Shown here in pieces: positions 63,650 through 64,000 of a stretch of 64,000 nt of DNA. A program made the translations under genes and the position numbers. The notes below the pieces were generated by a model. The model saw only the letters and a program-made list of their open reading frames with translations, searched no databases and was not told the origin of the DNA. The DNA comes from Azolla caroliniana (Eukaryota; Plantae; Polypodiophyta), in assembly GCA_043228905.1 (NCBI GenBank), contig JBHGNT010000008.1, positions 4,402,001-4,466,000 of the forward strand, given 5' to 3'. How positions within the stretch are numbered: the first letter of the stretch is position 1; each line of letters opens with the position of its first letter.

Positions 63650-64000
63650 TTGCATTTTAATGCATTGCATTGAATTCTAGCTACATAGACTAAAATATGA
63701 TACATTGCATGGATTTCCCGAAAATACATAAATAAATACAAATTGAAAAAATAAAACATTTTCCCATAAATAAATAAATAAACATTTTTTTATTTTACTC
63801 GTAAATAAATAAATAAAAATTGAAAAATTAGATTTCAATGGAAATCCAATTCCGTGCATCGGATTCAATTAAAAATCCAATTTCTCTTATTTTTTTGAAA
63901 ATTTTCTTATTTTTTGAATTGTTTTTGAATTTTTTTTTATTTTCCCCATAAAAAAATAAATAATAATTGAAAAAATGGATTTTCAACGGAAATCCAATGC
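63650..64000. repeat. AT-rich degenerate repeats, possibly a DNA-transposon subterminal region
   Basis: Recurring GATTT(T)CAA.GGAAATCCAAT and TTTTCCC(C)ATAAA. Confidence 0.4.

Noticed and set aside
62747-63650. Host gene or defined transposon after Copia G
   Set aside because: No ORF, recognisable motif or paired terminus within the window

Overview
This is eukaryotic plant DNA, probably from a non-seed land plant (inferred from TTTAGGG repeats and the element types). No host genes were found; the window is a stack of nested retrotransposons. An old plus-strand Copia (G: integrase pieces at 17661-17932, ~19328-19352 and 44943-44988, remainder at 60540-62746) is split by later insertions. (1) Copia H, whose 3' LTR (GA)n tract holds a ~10.9-kb minus-strand APE-RT LINE; the LINE is itself interrupted by young Copia I and capped by a head-to-head telomeric palindrome. 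(2) Non-autonomous Gypsy A (19353-44938), whose 3' LTR holds Gypsy B (containing intact, identical-LTR, extra-RNase-H Gypsy D) and Copia C (containing a solo LTR). (3) Copia E (44989-60534), containing Gypsy F. The most unusual signals: Gypsy F has the 3' half of a tRNA ending in CCA where the polypurine tract should be, suggesting tRNA-primed second-strand synthesis; the LINE has a telomeric palindrome and an in-frame UGA-CGG ORF1/ORF2 junction; and a tRNA-Trp-primed Gypsy group has tRNA-like modules in its LTRs and CG-centred 4-bp target duplications. All comparisons were made by eye, and tRNA identities are from memory.
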